Below are positions 38,301-51,100 of a DNA stretch of 64,000 bases, one piece after another. Position 1 is the first letter of the stretch; the number at the start of each line of letters is the position of its first letter. The notes under the pieces were generated by a model. That model had not been told where the DNA came from. It worked only from the letters and a program-made list of their open reading frames with translations, and did not search any database. A program made the translations under genes and the position numbers. Source of the DNA: Macrostomum lignano (Eukaryota); NCBI GenBank assembly GCA_002269645.1, contig NIVC01002705.1, forward strand, positions 84,490 to 148,489. Direction: 5' to 3'.

Positions 38301-41300
38301 CGGCTTCTTTGCGGCAAGTATTTGCGGGAATTCGGGGAAATACGGAGCTAGCGTTCACGGGAATTTGAAGCTAGCGTTCACGGAAATCCGGAGCTAGCGT
38401 TCACGGGAATTTGGAGCTAGCGTTCACGGAAATTTGGAGCTAGCGTTCACGGAAATAAGGAGCTAGCGTTCACGGGAATTTGGAGCTAGCGTTCAGGAGA
38501 ATTTGGAGCTAGCGTTAAGGGGAATTTGGAGCTAGCGTTCACGGAAGTTTGGAGCTAGCGTTAAGGGGAATTTGGAGCTAGCGTTCAGGGGAATTTGGAG
38601 CTAGCGTTCACGGAAGTTTGGAGCTAGCGTTCACGGGAACTTGGAGCTAGAATTCATGGGAATTTGAGGCTACTATTCACAAGACTTTAAAGCTAATATT
38701 CACAAGACTTTAAAGCTAATATTCACAAGAATTTAAAGCTACTATTCACAAGACTTTGAAGCTACTATTCACAAGAAGCAACGGATCGGTATATGTAATT
38801 CACAAGACTTCAGAGCTCACGGGCATTGGAAGCTAGTGTTCATGGAAACTCTCGAATAACTCGCAGCATTGGAGTAACAACAAAGATCATTCTATACACC
38901 CAACTCGAACAGGGAGAGGTCAGCGTGGCCAATGTGACCGTGTGGAACAGGCAGGACTGCTGCCCAGACAGACTGGACGATTTTGACCTGTCAATCGGCG
39001 GCTCCGTGTGCCAGCACTCAGCCTCCCTGGCCAGCAAGGCTTGGGCTACGCTGGACTGCCGGGGACTGCGAGGCGACAGCGTTACCATAGCAACTAAATT
39101 AAAGGAGGCGTTGACGCTATGCGAAGTGGAAGTCTACGGCGAATATTCAGGTGAAAATGTTGAGCAGACTGCGGCGCGAGAGTGAAACAAGTACCATTCA
39201 ATTACAAAGAAAGTAGGCATTCACTACACAAGGACAACAGGTACTTTGACAGAGAAAAAGCAATTTCCGAAGGTAAAAGTAATCGGTAAGTTTTAAATTT
39301 CAGTCAGTATTCTTTTCTCAAATATCCAAACTATCCTACTATAAGTAGCGGAGAAGAAAAACTAAGCGCTATATTTTGTGTGTACAACAAATAAAAAGAA
39401 AAGTGCACAACAGTCAGGTCAAACCGTTGCACAGAATGGCCCGGCTAAGGCCCAGAGCGTCAGCCGTGTCGTTGGACATGTTCTCAACAACCTTGTGCTT
39501 CACTTTCTTCAGTACTTTAATTATATACGGTTTGCATGGCGAAGCGGGTTATGCTATTATTTAGCAACTATCCAGTGAAACTACATCTAGCATGTAAATG
39601 TACTTTTACACCGCGCACCGAAACCCGTCCTGTGCCAGCAGCCCAGTGCGCAATCAAACAAAAATATACAAGTTATGATTTACCACCAAAAATCATTTCA
39701 GTCAAGCCCTAGAAAAAAACGATTGAAAAGGGACAAAGATTCGAGAAATGAATAGAAAATTGGAATTGAAATTTGAAAATATTTTATGGTCAGGTTGGAA
39801 ATCTTACCGTTGACCAGCACGGCTCTGGAGAGGCCGAGGCCGTCCGCGGTCGAGCTGGACATTGTATCCACTACCCTGTGCTTCGCCTTCTTAAGGACTT
39901 TAATAGTTTTCAAGGGTGCGCCAAGAGTGACATGTACAACGGCAACTTAAATGCTTGAACATTAATAAATTAATTACATAAATTTGTAACGCCTAAAAAG
40001 CAGAAGGGCGATTTTAAAAATAGATGTGACATGAAGCCAAAAGAATGATATCGTTAAGGTTGTGGTTGTGGTTTCCCTGATGAATTTCGAGAGGGAAAAA
40101 TAGGATAGGGTAGGAAAGAGAGGGGTAGGAGAGAGGTAGGAGAGAGGGGTAGGAGATATAAGGGTAGGAGAGACAGGGGTAGGAGAGGGGTAGGAGAGAT
40201 AAGGGTAGGAGAGACAGGGGTAGGAGAAGGGTAGGAGAGATAAGGGTAGGAGAGACAGGGGTAGGAGAGACAGGGGTAGGAGAGACAGGGGTAGGAGAGA
40301 CAGGGGTAGGAGAGACAGGGGTAGGAGAGACAGGGTTAGGAAAGACAGGGGTAGGAGAGACAGGGGTAGGAAAGACAGGGGTAGGAAAGACAGGGGTAGG
40401 AAAGACAGGGGTAGGAGAGACAGGGGTAGGAGAGGGGTAGGAGAGGGGTAGGAGAGACAGGGGTAGGAAAGACAGGGGTAGGAGAGACAGGAGTAGGAGA
40501 GACAGGGGTAGGAGAGACAGGGGTAGGAGAGACAGGGTTAGGAAAGACAGGGGTAGGAGAGACAGGGGTAGGAAAGACAGGGGTAGGAAAGACAGGGGTA
40601 GGAGAGGGGTAGGAGAGACAGGGGTAGGAGAGGGGTAGGAGAGACAGGGGTAAGAGAGGGGTAGGAGAGGGTAGGAGAGGGGTAGGAGTGAGAGAATGCG
40701 GAAGGCAGGTATCATGAATATTAATTCAAAACCTAAATTAAAGAATCCGGTATCAAGTGATTCAACACAAAATGCAATGTTATCGGAGTTGCCATGTTCA
40801 TGTCAATTATTAGGCTGCACTGCAAAAATACTTCAACGGAAGATAAAAATAGCATACCGTAATAAATGAAATAGGCTATTAATAACAATAATTCTCAATA
40901 AATGCCGTTAAAACATTTTCCCACTTACTGATATCCAAACTCTTGCCCTGCTTTGGATCGGCATGCAAGCAGTTGTAACCGATGGTGACCGCGCCCTGCA
41001 ATGCCGGGTGCGGGCTCAAGTATGTGTACAGCGGCAGCTGTCACCCTAGCATCAGCAGCAGCTGTCACCCCAACATCAGCAGCTGTCACCCCAACATCAG
41101 CACCAGCTGTCACCCCAACATCAGCAGCTGTCACCCCAACATCAGCAGCAACTGTCACCCCAACATCAGCAGCTGTCACCCCAACATCAGCACCAGCTGT
41201 CACCCCAACATCAGCAGCAGCTGTCACCCCAACATCAGCACCAGCTGTCACCCCAACATCAGCAGCAGCTGTCACCCCAACATCAGCAGCATTCGTCACC

Positions 41301-42262
41301 CCAACATCAGCAGCAGCTGTCACCCCAACATCAGCAGCATTCGTCACCCCAACATCAGCAGCAGCTGTCACCCCAACATCAGCAGCAGCTGTCACCCCAA
41401 CATCAGCACCAGCTGTCACCCCAACATCAGCACCAGCTGTCACCCCAACATCAGCAGCAGCTGTCAACCCAACATCAGCAGCATCCGTCACCCCAACATC
41501 AGCAGCAGCATTTATCACCCAGCAGCATTCATCACCCCAACATCAGCAGCAGCTGTCACCCCAATAAACCTCAGTTCAGGCAACACACCTTGAAGCTCTG
41601 AATGAGCCGCGCCACCTCCACTTTGCTCTTGGACTTGACGCTCTGCCCATTGACGCTGACAATCTCATCGCCACTTTTCAGAGTGCCCTCTTTGGCTGCC
41701 GGGGTATTGTCAAATATCTGCACCACATACAGACATGGGCAGTATGGTGCCCCGCCGCCAATGCTAATGCCAATGAGGTTCTGTGGGTCTTTCTCTAGAG
41801 AAACCACGCCAGAGGTGACTCGCATGCCCCTGTTATAAATATAAATTTATATCTATTTTCAAATTTATGGAACTAAACACATGAATATAAATATTGAAAG
41901 TTAACATTGCAATCAAAACTAGTCAAAACATTAAAAACTGTACATAAAATTTTTTATAGGGTTAGGAAAGTATTTTGATTATTAAATATTATTATCAATT
42001 TGATTTTATTACTAATAAACTATTAAAGAACATTTCATATTTTAGATATTACAATGGCTAAATTTTGTTAGAAAATTCATTTATTAGAATCATAAAACTA
42101 GAGCAATAATGGCTTTATTAAATATAAAATAGTTATGCCTCTATAATATCATACTTACCTTGTATCATGAGGCATGCTCACAAGTTCATTAGGACCAGTT
42201 GGATCATCACAAAATGTGCTTAATGGCATATAAAAACCCTTGGAAGCATCACCTTTTTCCAT
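32333..42262 (-). CDS. PICK1: Protein interacting with C kinase 1 (PDZ + BAR + acidic tail), 466 aa
   Basis: Exons 42262-42159, 41829-41589, 40995-40929, [39897-39808 or 39514-39425], 35959-35709, 34904-34812, 34723-34623, 34443-34349, 32691-32333; all GT-AG with matching phases, 1401 nt. KDPQNLIGISIGGGAPYCPCLY, SYCLKVKEMDDEEY, LILRCRQEAR and FPIEMDL match PICK1. Confidence 0.97.
32795..34310. repeat. 21-bp minisatellite (GGGTGGGTGAGATTTAATATT)n filling the last PICK1 intron
   Basis: Read directly. Confidence 0.97.
34500..34632. repeat. 21-bp repeat that copies a PICK1 exon end and its donor site
   Basis: Minus-strand unit GTT[A/G]TGAGTACAG|GTGAGGCT, about 6 copies. Confidence 0.93.
34945..35410. 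repeat. 21-bp minisatellite (GAGTAATGAGATTTGGGATTT)n in a PICK1 intron
   Basis: Read directly. Confidence 0.95.
36175..37960. repeat. 16-bp satellite (GGAAATCTCACAAGCT)n in two blocks (36175-37372, 37594-37960) with a 7-8-unit higher-order repeat
   Basis: Variant order repeats at a 112/128-bp period. Confidence 0.93.
38100..39185 (+). CDS. F-type lectin (fucolectin/FTP domain) gene, nested antisense in a PICK1 intron; start codon not located
   Basis: Exon about 38100-38313 (signal-like TTAWLALILLVVEGGIDC, CSQ, RAIDG, GSCTHT, WW); GC-AG intron 38314-38912; exon 38913 to 39150 or 39185 (VTVWNRQDCCPDRL...LTLCEVEVYG); AATAAA at 39390. Confidence 0.85.
38335..38815. repeat. 23-bp minisatellite (GGAGCTAGCGTTCACGGGAATTT)n, degenerating, in the lectin intron
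   Basis: Read directly. Confidence 0.92.
39425..39514 (-). CDS. PICK1: PICK1 alternative exon 4b (90 nt)
   Basis: ATTAAAG acceptor, GTTTGA donor, phase 1-1; encodes (I)LKKVKHKVVENMSNDTADALGLSRAILCN. Confidence 0.85.
39808..39897 (-). CDS. PICK1: PICK1 alternative exon 4a (90 nt)
   Basis: ATTAAAG acceptor, GTAAGA donor, phase 1-1; encodes (I)LKKAKHRVVDTMSSSTADGLGLSRAVLVN. Confidence 0.85.
40105..40688. repeat. 15-bp purine-rich minisatellite (GGGGTAGGAGAGACA)n in PICK1 intron 3
   Basis: Read directly. Confidence 0.95.
41033..41570. repeat. 21/24-bp minisatellite (CAGCTGTCACCCCAACATCAG[CAG])n filling PICK1 intron 2
   Basis: Read directly. Confidence 0.95.
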
Positions 42263-44909
42263 TATGATTTAGCTAAGAAAAAATTTTAACAGATATTTTG
42301 TAAAGTATATATATAACAATAGGTAAGAAAATAAAAAAATATATGCATTATATATTGTCATATTGAGATAGCAGGTTTAAAAAAATATCAATGCATAAAT
42401 TCATACTAGTATAAACATATATAAAATAAATTAAAACATCTTTCACATTCAAAGAGTAAGACTTTTAAAAAAGCCTAAAATATAGACATTTATAAGAATT
42501 ATTAAGCATAAGCCAATTGATAGCATTTTTTTATACTTTTAAATCTCTTTTCTCTTTCTCTTCTATATCTATTTGAGAAAAATGAATGAATCTGTTTAAA
42601 TGTTGCAATTGCATACTTTATTTCAAAGTGATTTATCTTATATTCTAAAACAGTTTAAATTGGATATAGATTTAGGATTGGGATTGAAGCCTGTAAATAC
42701 AAACAAGCATTAAAAATTGCAATTGCCTACTTTAAAATTGTTTCTGACCCTTTTTGAGTTTTTGACTCCATTATCCACCCTCCTCTCCACTTTTTGTGCC
42801 ATTGCACTTGCTGTTTAACTCTTAGGCTTACAAAAGTAGAAAAGTACGAAGTGAAACGATAATTCTGCATGTGAATGATACTTAATTTTATAATTTTGAA
42901 ATCACTCTATCATTTCGCTATGATTCAGATAACAGAATACAAAAATCTGTAAGCATTATACTAACAGTAAATGATTGTTTACAAATATTAAACTTACATT
43001 TTATCTTCTTCAATAGGATAACCATACTCATCATACATTGTTTAATTTTTATTAAGATAACAAAGAACGGCAAATAACTAAATAATTTTAAACTGTTACA
43101 GTTGGATTGGATCTGGGCGCCTAGGCCACTAAGTATAATTTTACCACGAAAACTATTTACCATGGTTCTTGGAAAAGCAAATACTTAAACTTTTTCTTCT
43201 TGTCATATCTTAACAAAATTTTTATGAGAACATCAGAAAATTAGGTTTTTCACATATACTTAAAATATATTTTTTTTCCTGCACAGAAGTTAAAAAATTG
43301 AGAAACAACGTCATTCTTTAAAGACTAAAAATGTTCCTCTCTACGTCAGTTGACAAATCACTGTGGCTTTCTTTTGTATGAAGTGCCAGAAAGTTAATTT
43401 TTACGCAATTACACTTAAAGACACAAGTGATTTTGAATTTAGGAATGCATTATTCGACGTTGTTGTCTGTATGAAGCCTCACATGCATCAGCGAGTCGTT
43501 TTAACAACTGCACATCGAAATCAATCGAATTGTCATCAGTATTAAAGTCACACACGACAGATGCATAATTTTCTGTATTATTTCAATGTATTACACCAAC
43601 ATAAGCAGAGGCATCGCTAAAGGGGGCAAGAAATACATCCCCTTATAATCAATAAATTTGATAAAATTTTGAATGCTGGTCCTTTTATTATCTGCAAAGA
43701 AACAAGATCTGAATACACACAGATCCATTCTAATAAAACTAAGACAGAAAATTGTACAAAGGCGTCGTGATCATGGATCGGATAAACAAACATATTGGAT
43801 TGGTGTGTGGCCGCATCGTATTTATATAGCCTGTTGCATATTTATTATATTTGTATTAGTCAATACGCTTTGCAATACGGTTGTGTGGGACGCGGGGAGA
43901 ACCCGGCTGATTGCTTTTTGTGTTTGCAATTCTCCTGGGTAATTTTCAATTTAATACAACTTTACACGTCAACTAAATTAGGAATTTTTACACATGATAT
44001 TATAAAATATAATTGTTTAAAATGCTTGCACGGGCACAGCTGCCGCGGGGAACAAGTGTGTGCTTTTGTGTGAGAGACACGAGTTGTGAATTTATTGAAA
44101 CAGAGCTTTAATTAACAACCAACAATCAGACACTGTCACTAATATATTACTACTCATAGTAACAAGTACGAGAATTTGAACGGATATTTAAAAAATGCAA
44201 GGGTTTAAAAATCAGGCAACATGAAAAACAGACGAATAATATTACAGCACAAGATACAACGGGAGCGCAAACGGAGAATTTTGGAACAGCTAAATCCGGA
44301 CTTTGCCAGCTTGGGAATGAACAGTATTTGAACAGGCAAATTTATTAAACTTACAAGCTTTACTAAACTGAAAAACATTTTAGTTTTACAATAATTTTTA
44401 CAATATTTTCTTACACGGAAAGGACACAAAAACGAAGATTAAAAAAGCAACAACTATTTTGCTAGCACAGGAAGCGGGCTTTATAATAATCAAATTTTGA
44501 ATGACGGAGTGCTTTTGGGACATCGCCAGTGTCTACGCTTTACCAAATCAATGCTGAGTGTGAAAGAACACAGCTATTTATTCTATATTACTTATTTCTA
44601 TCAGTAGTATTACGATATCATATAGGTGGGAAAAGACACGCCTTGGTGTATAAATGAATTTTTGCCTAGATAAAACCCCAAGAATCCTAAAGCAGTAAAG
44701 GCTGTCTGTTCAAAGCAATAAAAATGGCCTGCTTGTCTTTTTGGCTAATTAGGTGCGAGAGACATCAACTTTGCTGGTCTAAGCTGCAGACAGCAGAGTC
44801 ACGGCACTAATGATAACCTAGCTTAGTATCATTTACTGAGATAGTGTGGCCTATCTAGCGTTTTAGAATCCCATCGAACCCATTAAACACGTCACATTTC
44901 TTTCGATAC

Positions 44910-45090
44910 ATTAGCAACCTTTGAAGCTTTTCTGCTATGAATTATTATTAAATGAATTACTTATCTTTCGATACATATCGGCTAAATTAAGCTAGAAACC
45001 TTGAAGCTTTTCTGCAATGAATTATAATTCAATGAATTACTTATCTTTCGATACATATCGGCTAAATTAAGCTATCAACCTCAAAGCTTT
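44910..45090. repeat. About 2 copies of an about 85-bp direct repeat in the ARID2 3' flank
   Basis: AACCTTGAAGCTTTTCTGC...TTTCGATACATATCGGCTAAATTAAGCTA repeated. Confidence 0.8.
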
Positions 45091-45137
45091 CTCCAACGAT
45101 ATTGATTATGGATTCAATAATTCAGTTGAAGTAGTAG

Positions 45138-48100
45138 TCAGGCCAAGTCGCACACGCACTGGCTAACAATGAGGGCCGCCTCGCTGCCGGACAGGCAAAT
45201 CTCGGCCAGATAGTCCGAATAGCCGGACACGAATAGCCTGGCCGGCTGGGCGTGCCTAAGCAGATTTCGCAGAGCCAGGGCCGCAGTCAGCCTGATGTGC
45301 TTCGTCACCGGGCCCTCCCGGCTGGACACTGACGAACCCGATGGCGAGGAGGCTGCGGCAGCGGCCGCCGCGGCGGCAGCGTTAGCAACCACTTCGCGAG
45401 CGGCCAGCCGGTGGATGGCGTGCCTGGCCGCATCCTCCGGCAGTCGCAGCATCGCCGGCTGGTTGGCATTCTTTCCTTCGTTGGCAATTGACGCCGAGGA
45501 AGACGACGGCGATAGGGCTACGGCGCGGCGACGCTGAAGTGAGGCTTGGAGAGCTCGCTCGGAACAGTGCGACTCCTGCACGTGGGCCAGCAGGGAGTAG
45601 GCCCCGCGCGGCGTGGGATCGCAGCCGCGCCACAGGCAGCGGCATTGGTAGGACTGGCCGCTGGACTGGCCGCTGTCCCGCAGGTGGCGGGTGTAGACGT
45701 GGTGCAGCACTCGGGCAGGCGTGTCGCCGCAATACCAACAGCCGTCCCATTCGCACAGGAGGCCCAGCGGAGGCTGCTGCGGAGTTGACGGCGGTCCGAC
45801 AATGCGAATCAACTGCTGCTGCTGCTGTTGCTGAGGCTGCTGGGAAGTCGGCTTAGGCTGGGAGTCGTGACCGTTCGGCAGGATGGAAACGGAGGCGCCG
45901 TTAGGCAGAGACGGATGATGCCCGTTGACTAAGACCTGCTGCCGCTGCTGCTGCTGTTTGGCCTTGGCGGCGGCTTCGCCCGGCCTGAGGTGGTTCAGCA
46001 CCCGCTCGATGACGGCCTCGTGGCCCAGCACTGCCGGGCTGTCCGCTGCGGCGCTTGGCGAGGCCGCGGAATCGGCGACGGCGGTGCTGGCCGGATCGCT
46101 CGAGCTGTTGCTGCCAGTCGCCTGCGGTTCCGACGCGGTCATCAAGCGCCCGCCGGCGGCCGCCGCTGATGAAGAATCGTCACTTGAGGACACGGACGAG
46201 CAGGAGTTTCGCCGGCGCGGCTGCCTCTGCTGCTGCTCCGTCTGCTTCTGGCGTTGGTCCTGCTTTTCAGTCAGAACTTTCTTAGTCGGAGTAGAAGCTT
46301 CCTCTAGCACCAGTTTCGAGTTGTCATTGTCCATGGTGGGCGCGGCCGGCTGCTGGACAATGGACAGCCCGCCGTTCTGCAGCTCTGGAGCGGCCGAGAA
46401 GCCCAGGTCGCTGGGGAGATTTAGAGGGAGGGGGTTGATTAGGGTGTTGTTATGGTTTTTGGATTGAGTGGATTAAAAGGCTCCTGATTTGGCGGTTTAC
46501 TCATGCCTGACTGGGGTTGAATCTTACTCTTACTGGGTAAATATTCTCACGCCTAATTAGATAAGATTCTCACGCCTAATTAGATTCTCACGCCTAATTA
46601 GATGAGATTCTCACGCCTAATTAGATTCTCACGCCTAATTAGATGAGATTCTCACGCCTAATTAGATAAGATTCTCACGCCTAATTAATTGAGATTCTCA
46701 CGCCTAATTAGATGAGATTCTTACGCCTAATTAGATAAGATTCTCACGCCTAATTAATTGAGATTCTCACGCATAATTACATGAGATTCTCACGCCTAAT
46801 TAGATGAGATTCTCACGCATAATTAGATGAGATTCTCACGCATAATTAGATGAGATTCTCACGCCTAATTACATGAAAAATGAAAATCTCACGCATAATT
46901 AGATAGCGTGAGCAAAAAACCGCAGCAACAAAACACAGCTAAACCCGCTCACCCAAGCAGCGAGCAGAAGTCGGCGAGTGTCAGGAAGGGCGCCCCGTTG
47001 AACTGAGCGGCGAAGGCGCGACCGCAGTCGGCATGCAGCAGAGACAGCCTGTGCGGTCCCGGCGTCACACGGCGACTGCGCAGCCACCAGACGATGTAGT
47101 CGCGCAGATTAGGCGGCTGCTGAGCTTGAATATGATTAGACTGCTGTTGAGACTGGCGGACAAGAGCAACTTGCTGTTGTTGCTGCTGCTGCTGAGGTGG
47201 CGGAGGCGGTGGAGGCGGCATGCCGCAGTCGTTAGGTGCACCCACTGCAGCAGCTGCCGTCGCCGCCGCTGATGCAGCCGCCGCAGCCGCAGCAGAAGCA
47301 GCCGGAGTCGAACCGGCCGCGGCGCCGGGACCCTGGAAGATCTTGATGCCGACAATGCCGGCGCTGCCAACCTGGGAGGCCTCGAAGGTGAGCAGCGACA
47401 GCAGGACGCGAAGCAGCTCCGGCGAGGGCGAACACAGCCGGGTTGAACAGTCGCCACCGACGCCTGACAGCCGATTAGCGGCCTCCAGGGCTGCCAGCAT
47501 CAGTTGAAGATCCTTCAGGAGCAGCCAGGCGGCGAGGTTGTCGGCAAGATCGGCGGGCAGAAGGTCGACGTCTGACTGAAGGCGCTGCCAGTTGTCGGGC
47601 TGGCTGGCTAGGCAGCAGAGCAACTCGAGACCTGGCGAGTTTTTAAGCAATTTTCCAACAAATTTTTCTACTAACTGCCAAACTGACCTACTCAAATCAG
47701 TAACAATGCAAGCATTTTTACTGCAAAATTTAATTGAGTTGCAAAATCATCACTAAACAATAAAGCCGTCCGTCATTTTTGTGCGGGCTTTTTTTCGCTA
47801 AACTCATAATCAGTCAAACTTTCACATAGAATTCGAAATTTATGATACTTGACCTCCCCTAGATGGCTCCCCATCTCAAATGCCAGGGGGCCGCTGACCC
47901 CCTTGACCTCCTCAAGACCTCAACATGGCTTTCCATCTCAAATGCCAGGGGCCGCTGACCCCCTTGACCTCCTACATGGCTCCCCATATCAGATGTCAGA
48001 GGGCCACTGACCCTCTTGACCTCCTACATGGCTCCCCATCTCAGATGTCAGGGGGCCGCTGACCCCCTTGACCTCCTACATGGCTCCCCATCTCAAATGC

Positions 48101-51100
48101 CAGGGGCCGCTGACCCCCTTGACCTCCTACATGGCTCCCCATCTCAAATGCCAGGGGCCGCTGACCCACTTGACCTCCTCTACATGGCTCCCCATCTCAA
48201 ATGCCAGGGGCCGCTGACCCACTTGACCTCCTCTACATGGCTCCCCATCTCAGATGTCAGGGGGCCGCTGACCCCCCTGTTTAAGTAAGGAGTGATATGC
48301 TGTGCTGAATAGGCATTTCTTCAGCACACAAAACCTGGTTAATTCTTTCCAACGATCCCACAGACTCACCCCGCACAATCAACTGCCGATCCTGACTCCC
48401 GAGGCACCGCCGCAGCAGCAGCTGCATTGCCGTGGCCAGCCTGGCCGAGTGCAGAACAATCGGCAGCGAGGCCAGCGAGTCCAGCGCCAGATGCTGCAAA
48501 GTGGAGTGCCGGCTGGCGGCGCACAGCAGGAGGAGGCGCAGGGCTGGCGGCGAACGCGTCAAAGCGACGGCATTTGGCCGATCCTCGAGCACCAGGTTGC
48601 GCAGCGCGGTGACGATTAGGACAACACGTTGGCCGGCGAGATCGCGCAGGCCCAGATCTGCGGTGAGATTCATCAGCCGCCAGACAGGTTCAGCGTCGGG
48701 GATGTCGACGTTTTCGACGGCGTCAGAGTCAGACTGATCGTGCGACAGCCAGGTGGGAGAGAGCAGATTGCGAAATTCGCTGTCCCAGACCGACTCGTAC
48801 CAGAACTAAAAAACATTGGGAAACAAAAAACACTGATAATTTTGCATCAAGCTACTTTTCATGAGTAGCACTATTTGCATATAAAAAAGCAAATGAAAAA
48901 CAACAAACTTACCCGTAGCATGTTTGTCTTATTTTGGCTCAGCCACTCTTGCATCAATGGAAAATACGATCGAGGGCCTAAAATTAAATGGTATTTCATT
49001 GGTTGTTAACATCACACTCATCAGTTTACAGAGATCAGTGTTTTCTCCATGCAATGCCATACATGCATTAAGCCCTTCAGGTCCATCAATAATCTGCCGC
49101 TGACCATTCAGAGGTCTGCCACTGCCCCCACTGATCCTTCAGTGATCTGCCACTGCCCCCACTGATCCTTCAGTGATCTGCCACTGCCCCCAACTGATCC
49201 TTCAGTGATCTGCCACTGCTCCCACTGATCCTTCGGTGATCTGCCACTGCCCCCACTGATCCTTCAGTGATCTGCCACTGCCCCACTGATCCTTCGCCCT
49301 TCGGTGATCTGCCACTGCCCCCACTGATCCTTCAGTGATCTGCCACTGCTCCCACTGATCCTTCGGTGATCTGCCACTGCCCCCACTGATCCTTCAGTGA
49401 TCTGCCACTGCCCCCACTGATCCTTCGCCCTTCGGTGATCTGCCACTGCCCCCACTGATCCTTCAGTGATCTGCCACTGCTCCCACTGATCCTTCGGTGA
49501 TCTGCCACTGCCCCCACTGATCCTTCGGTGATCTGCCAATGCTCCCACTGATCCTTCAGTGATCTGCCACTGCCCCCACTGATCCTTCAGTGATCTGCCA
49601 CTGCCCCCACTGATCCTTCAGTGATCTGCCACTGCCCCCAGTGATCCTTCAGTGATCTGCCACTGCCCCCACTGATCCTTCAGTGATCTGCCACTGCCCC
49701 CACTGATCCTTCACCCTTCGGTGATCTGCCAATGCTCCCACTGATCCTTCAGTGATCTGCCACTGCCCCCACTGATCCTTCAGTGATCTGCCACTGCTCC
49801 CAGTGATCCTTCAGTGATCTGCCACTGCTCCCACTGATCCTTCAGTGATCTGCCACTGCCCCCACTGATCCTTCAGTAATCTGCCACTGCTCCCACTGAT
49901 CCTTCAGTGATCTGCCACTGCTCCCACTGATCCTTCAGTGAACTTGCACTACCCCCACTGATCCTTCAGTGATCTGCCACTGCCCCCACTGATCCTTCAG
50001 TGATCTGCCACTGCTCCCAGTGATCCTTCAGTGATCTGCCACTGCTCCCACTGATCCTTCAGTGAACTTGCACTACCCCCACTGATCCTTCAGTGATCTG
50101 CCACTGCTCCCAGTGATCCTTCAGTGATCTGCCACTGCTCCCACTGATCCTTCAGTGATCTGCCACTGCCCCCACTGATCTTTCAGTGATCTGCCACTGC
50201 TCCCAGTGATCCTTCAGTGATCTGCCACTGCTCCCACTGATCCTTCAGTGAACTTGCACTACCCCCACTGATCCTTCAGTGATCTGCCACTGCTCCCACT
50301 GATCCTTCAGTGATCTGCCACTGCCCCCAGTGATCCTTCAGTGATCTGCCACTGCTCCCACTGATCCTTCAGTGAACTTGCACTACCCCCACTGATCCTT
50401 CAGTGATCTGCCACTGCTCCCACTGATCCTTCAGTGATCTGCCACTGCCCCCAGTGATTCTTCAGTGATCTGCCACTGCCCCCAGTGATTCTTCAGTGAT
50501 CTGCCACTGCCCCCACTGATCCTTCAGTGATCTGCCACTGCTCCCACTGATCCTTCAGTGATCTGCCACTGCCCCCAGTGATCCTTCAGTGATCTGCCAC
50601 TGCCCCCACTGATCCTTCAGTGATCTGCCACTGCTCTCACTGATCCTTCAGTGATCTGCCACTGCCCCCACTGATCCTTCAGTGATCTGCCACTGCCCCC
50701 AACTGATCCTTCAGTGATCTGCCACTGCTCCCACTGATCCTTCAGTGATCTGCCACTGTCCCCACTGATCCTTCGGTGATCTGCCAACTGCTCCCACTGA
50801 TCCTTCAGTGATCTGCCACTGCTCCCACTGATCCTTCGGTGATCTGCCAACTGCTCCCACTGATCCTTCAGTGATCTGCCACTACCCCCCTCCACTAATT
50901 CTTCGGTGATCTGCCACTGCCCCCACTGATCCTTCAGTGAACTGCCACTACCCCCACTGATCCTTCGGTGATCTGCCAACTGCTCCCACTGATCCTTCAG
51001 TGATCTGCCACTACCCCCCTCCACTAATTCTTCGGTGATCTGCCACTGCCCCCACTGATCCTTCAGTGAACTTCCACTACCCCCCCCCTACTGATCCTTC

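Noticed and set aside
42918-44429. AT-rich ORFs between ARID2 and PICK1
   Set aside because: Non-ATG starts and composition typical of chance ORFs
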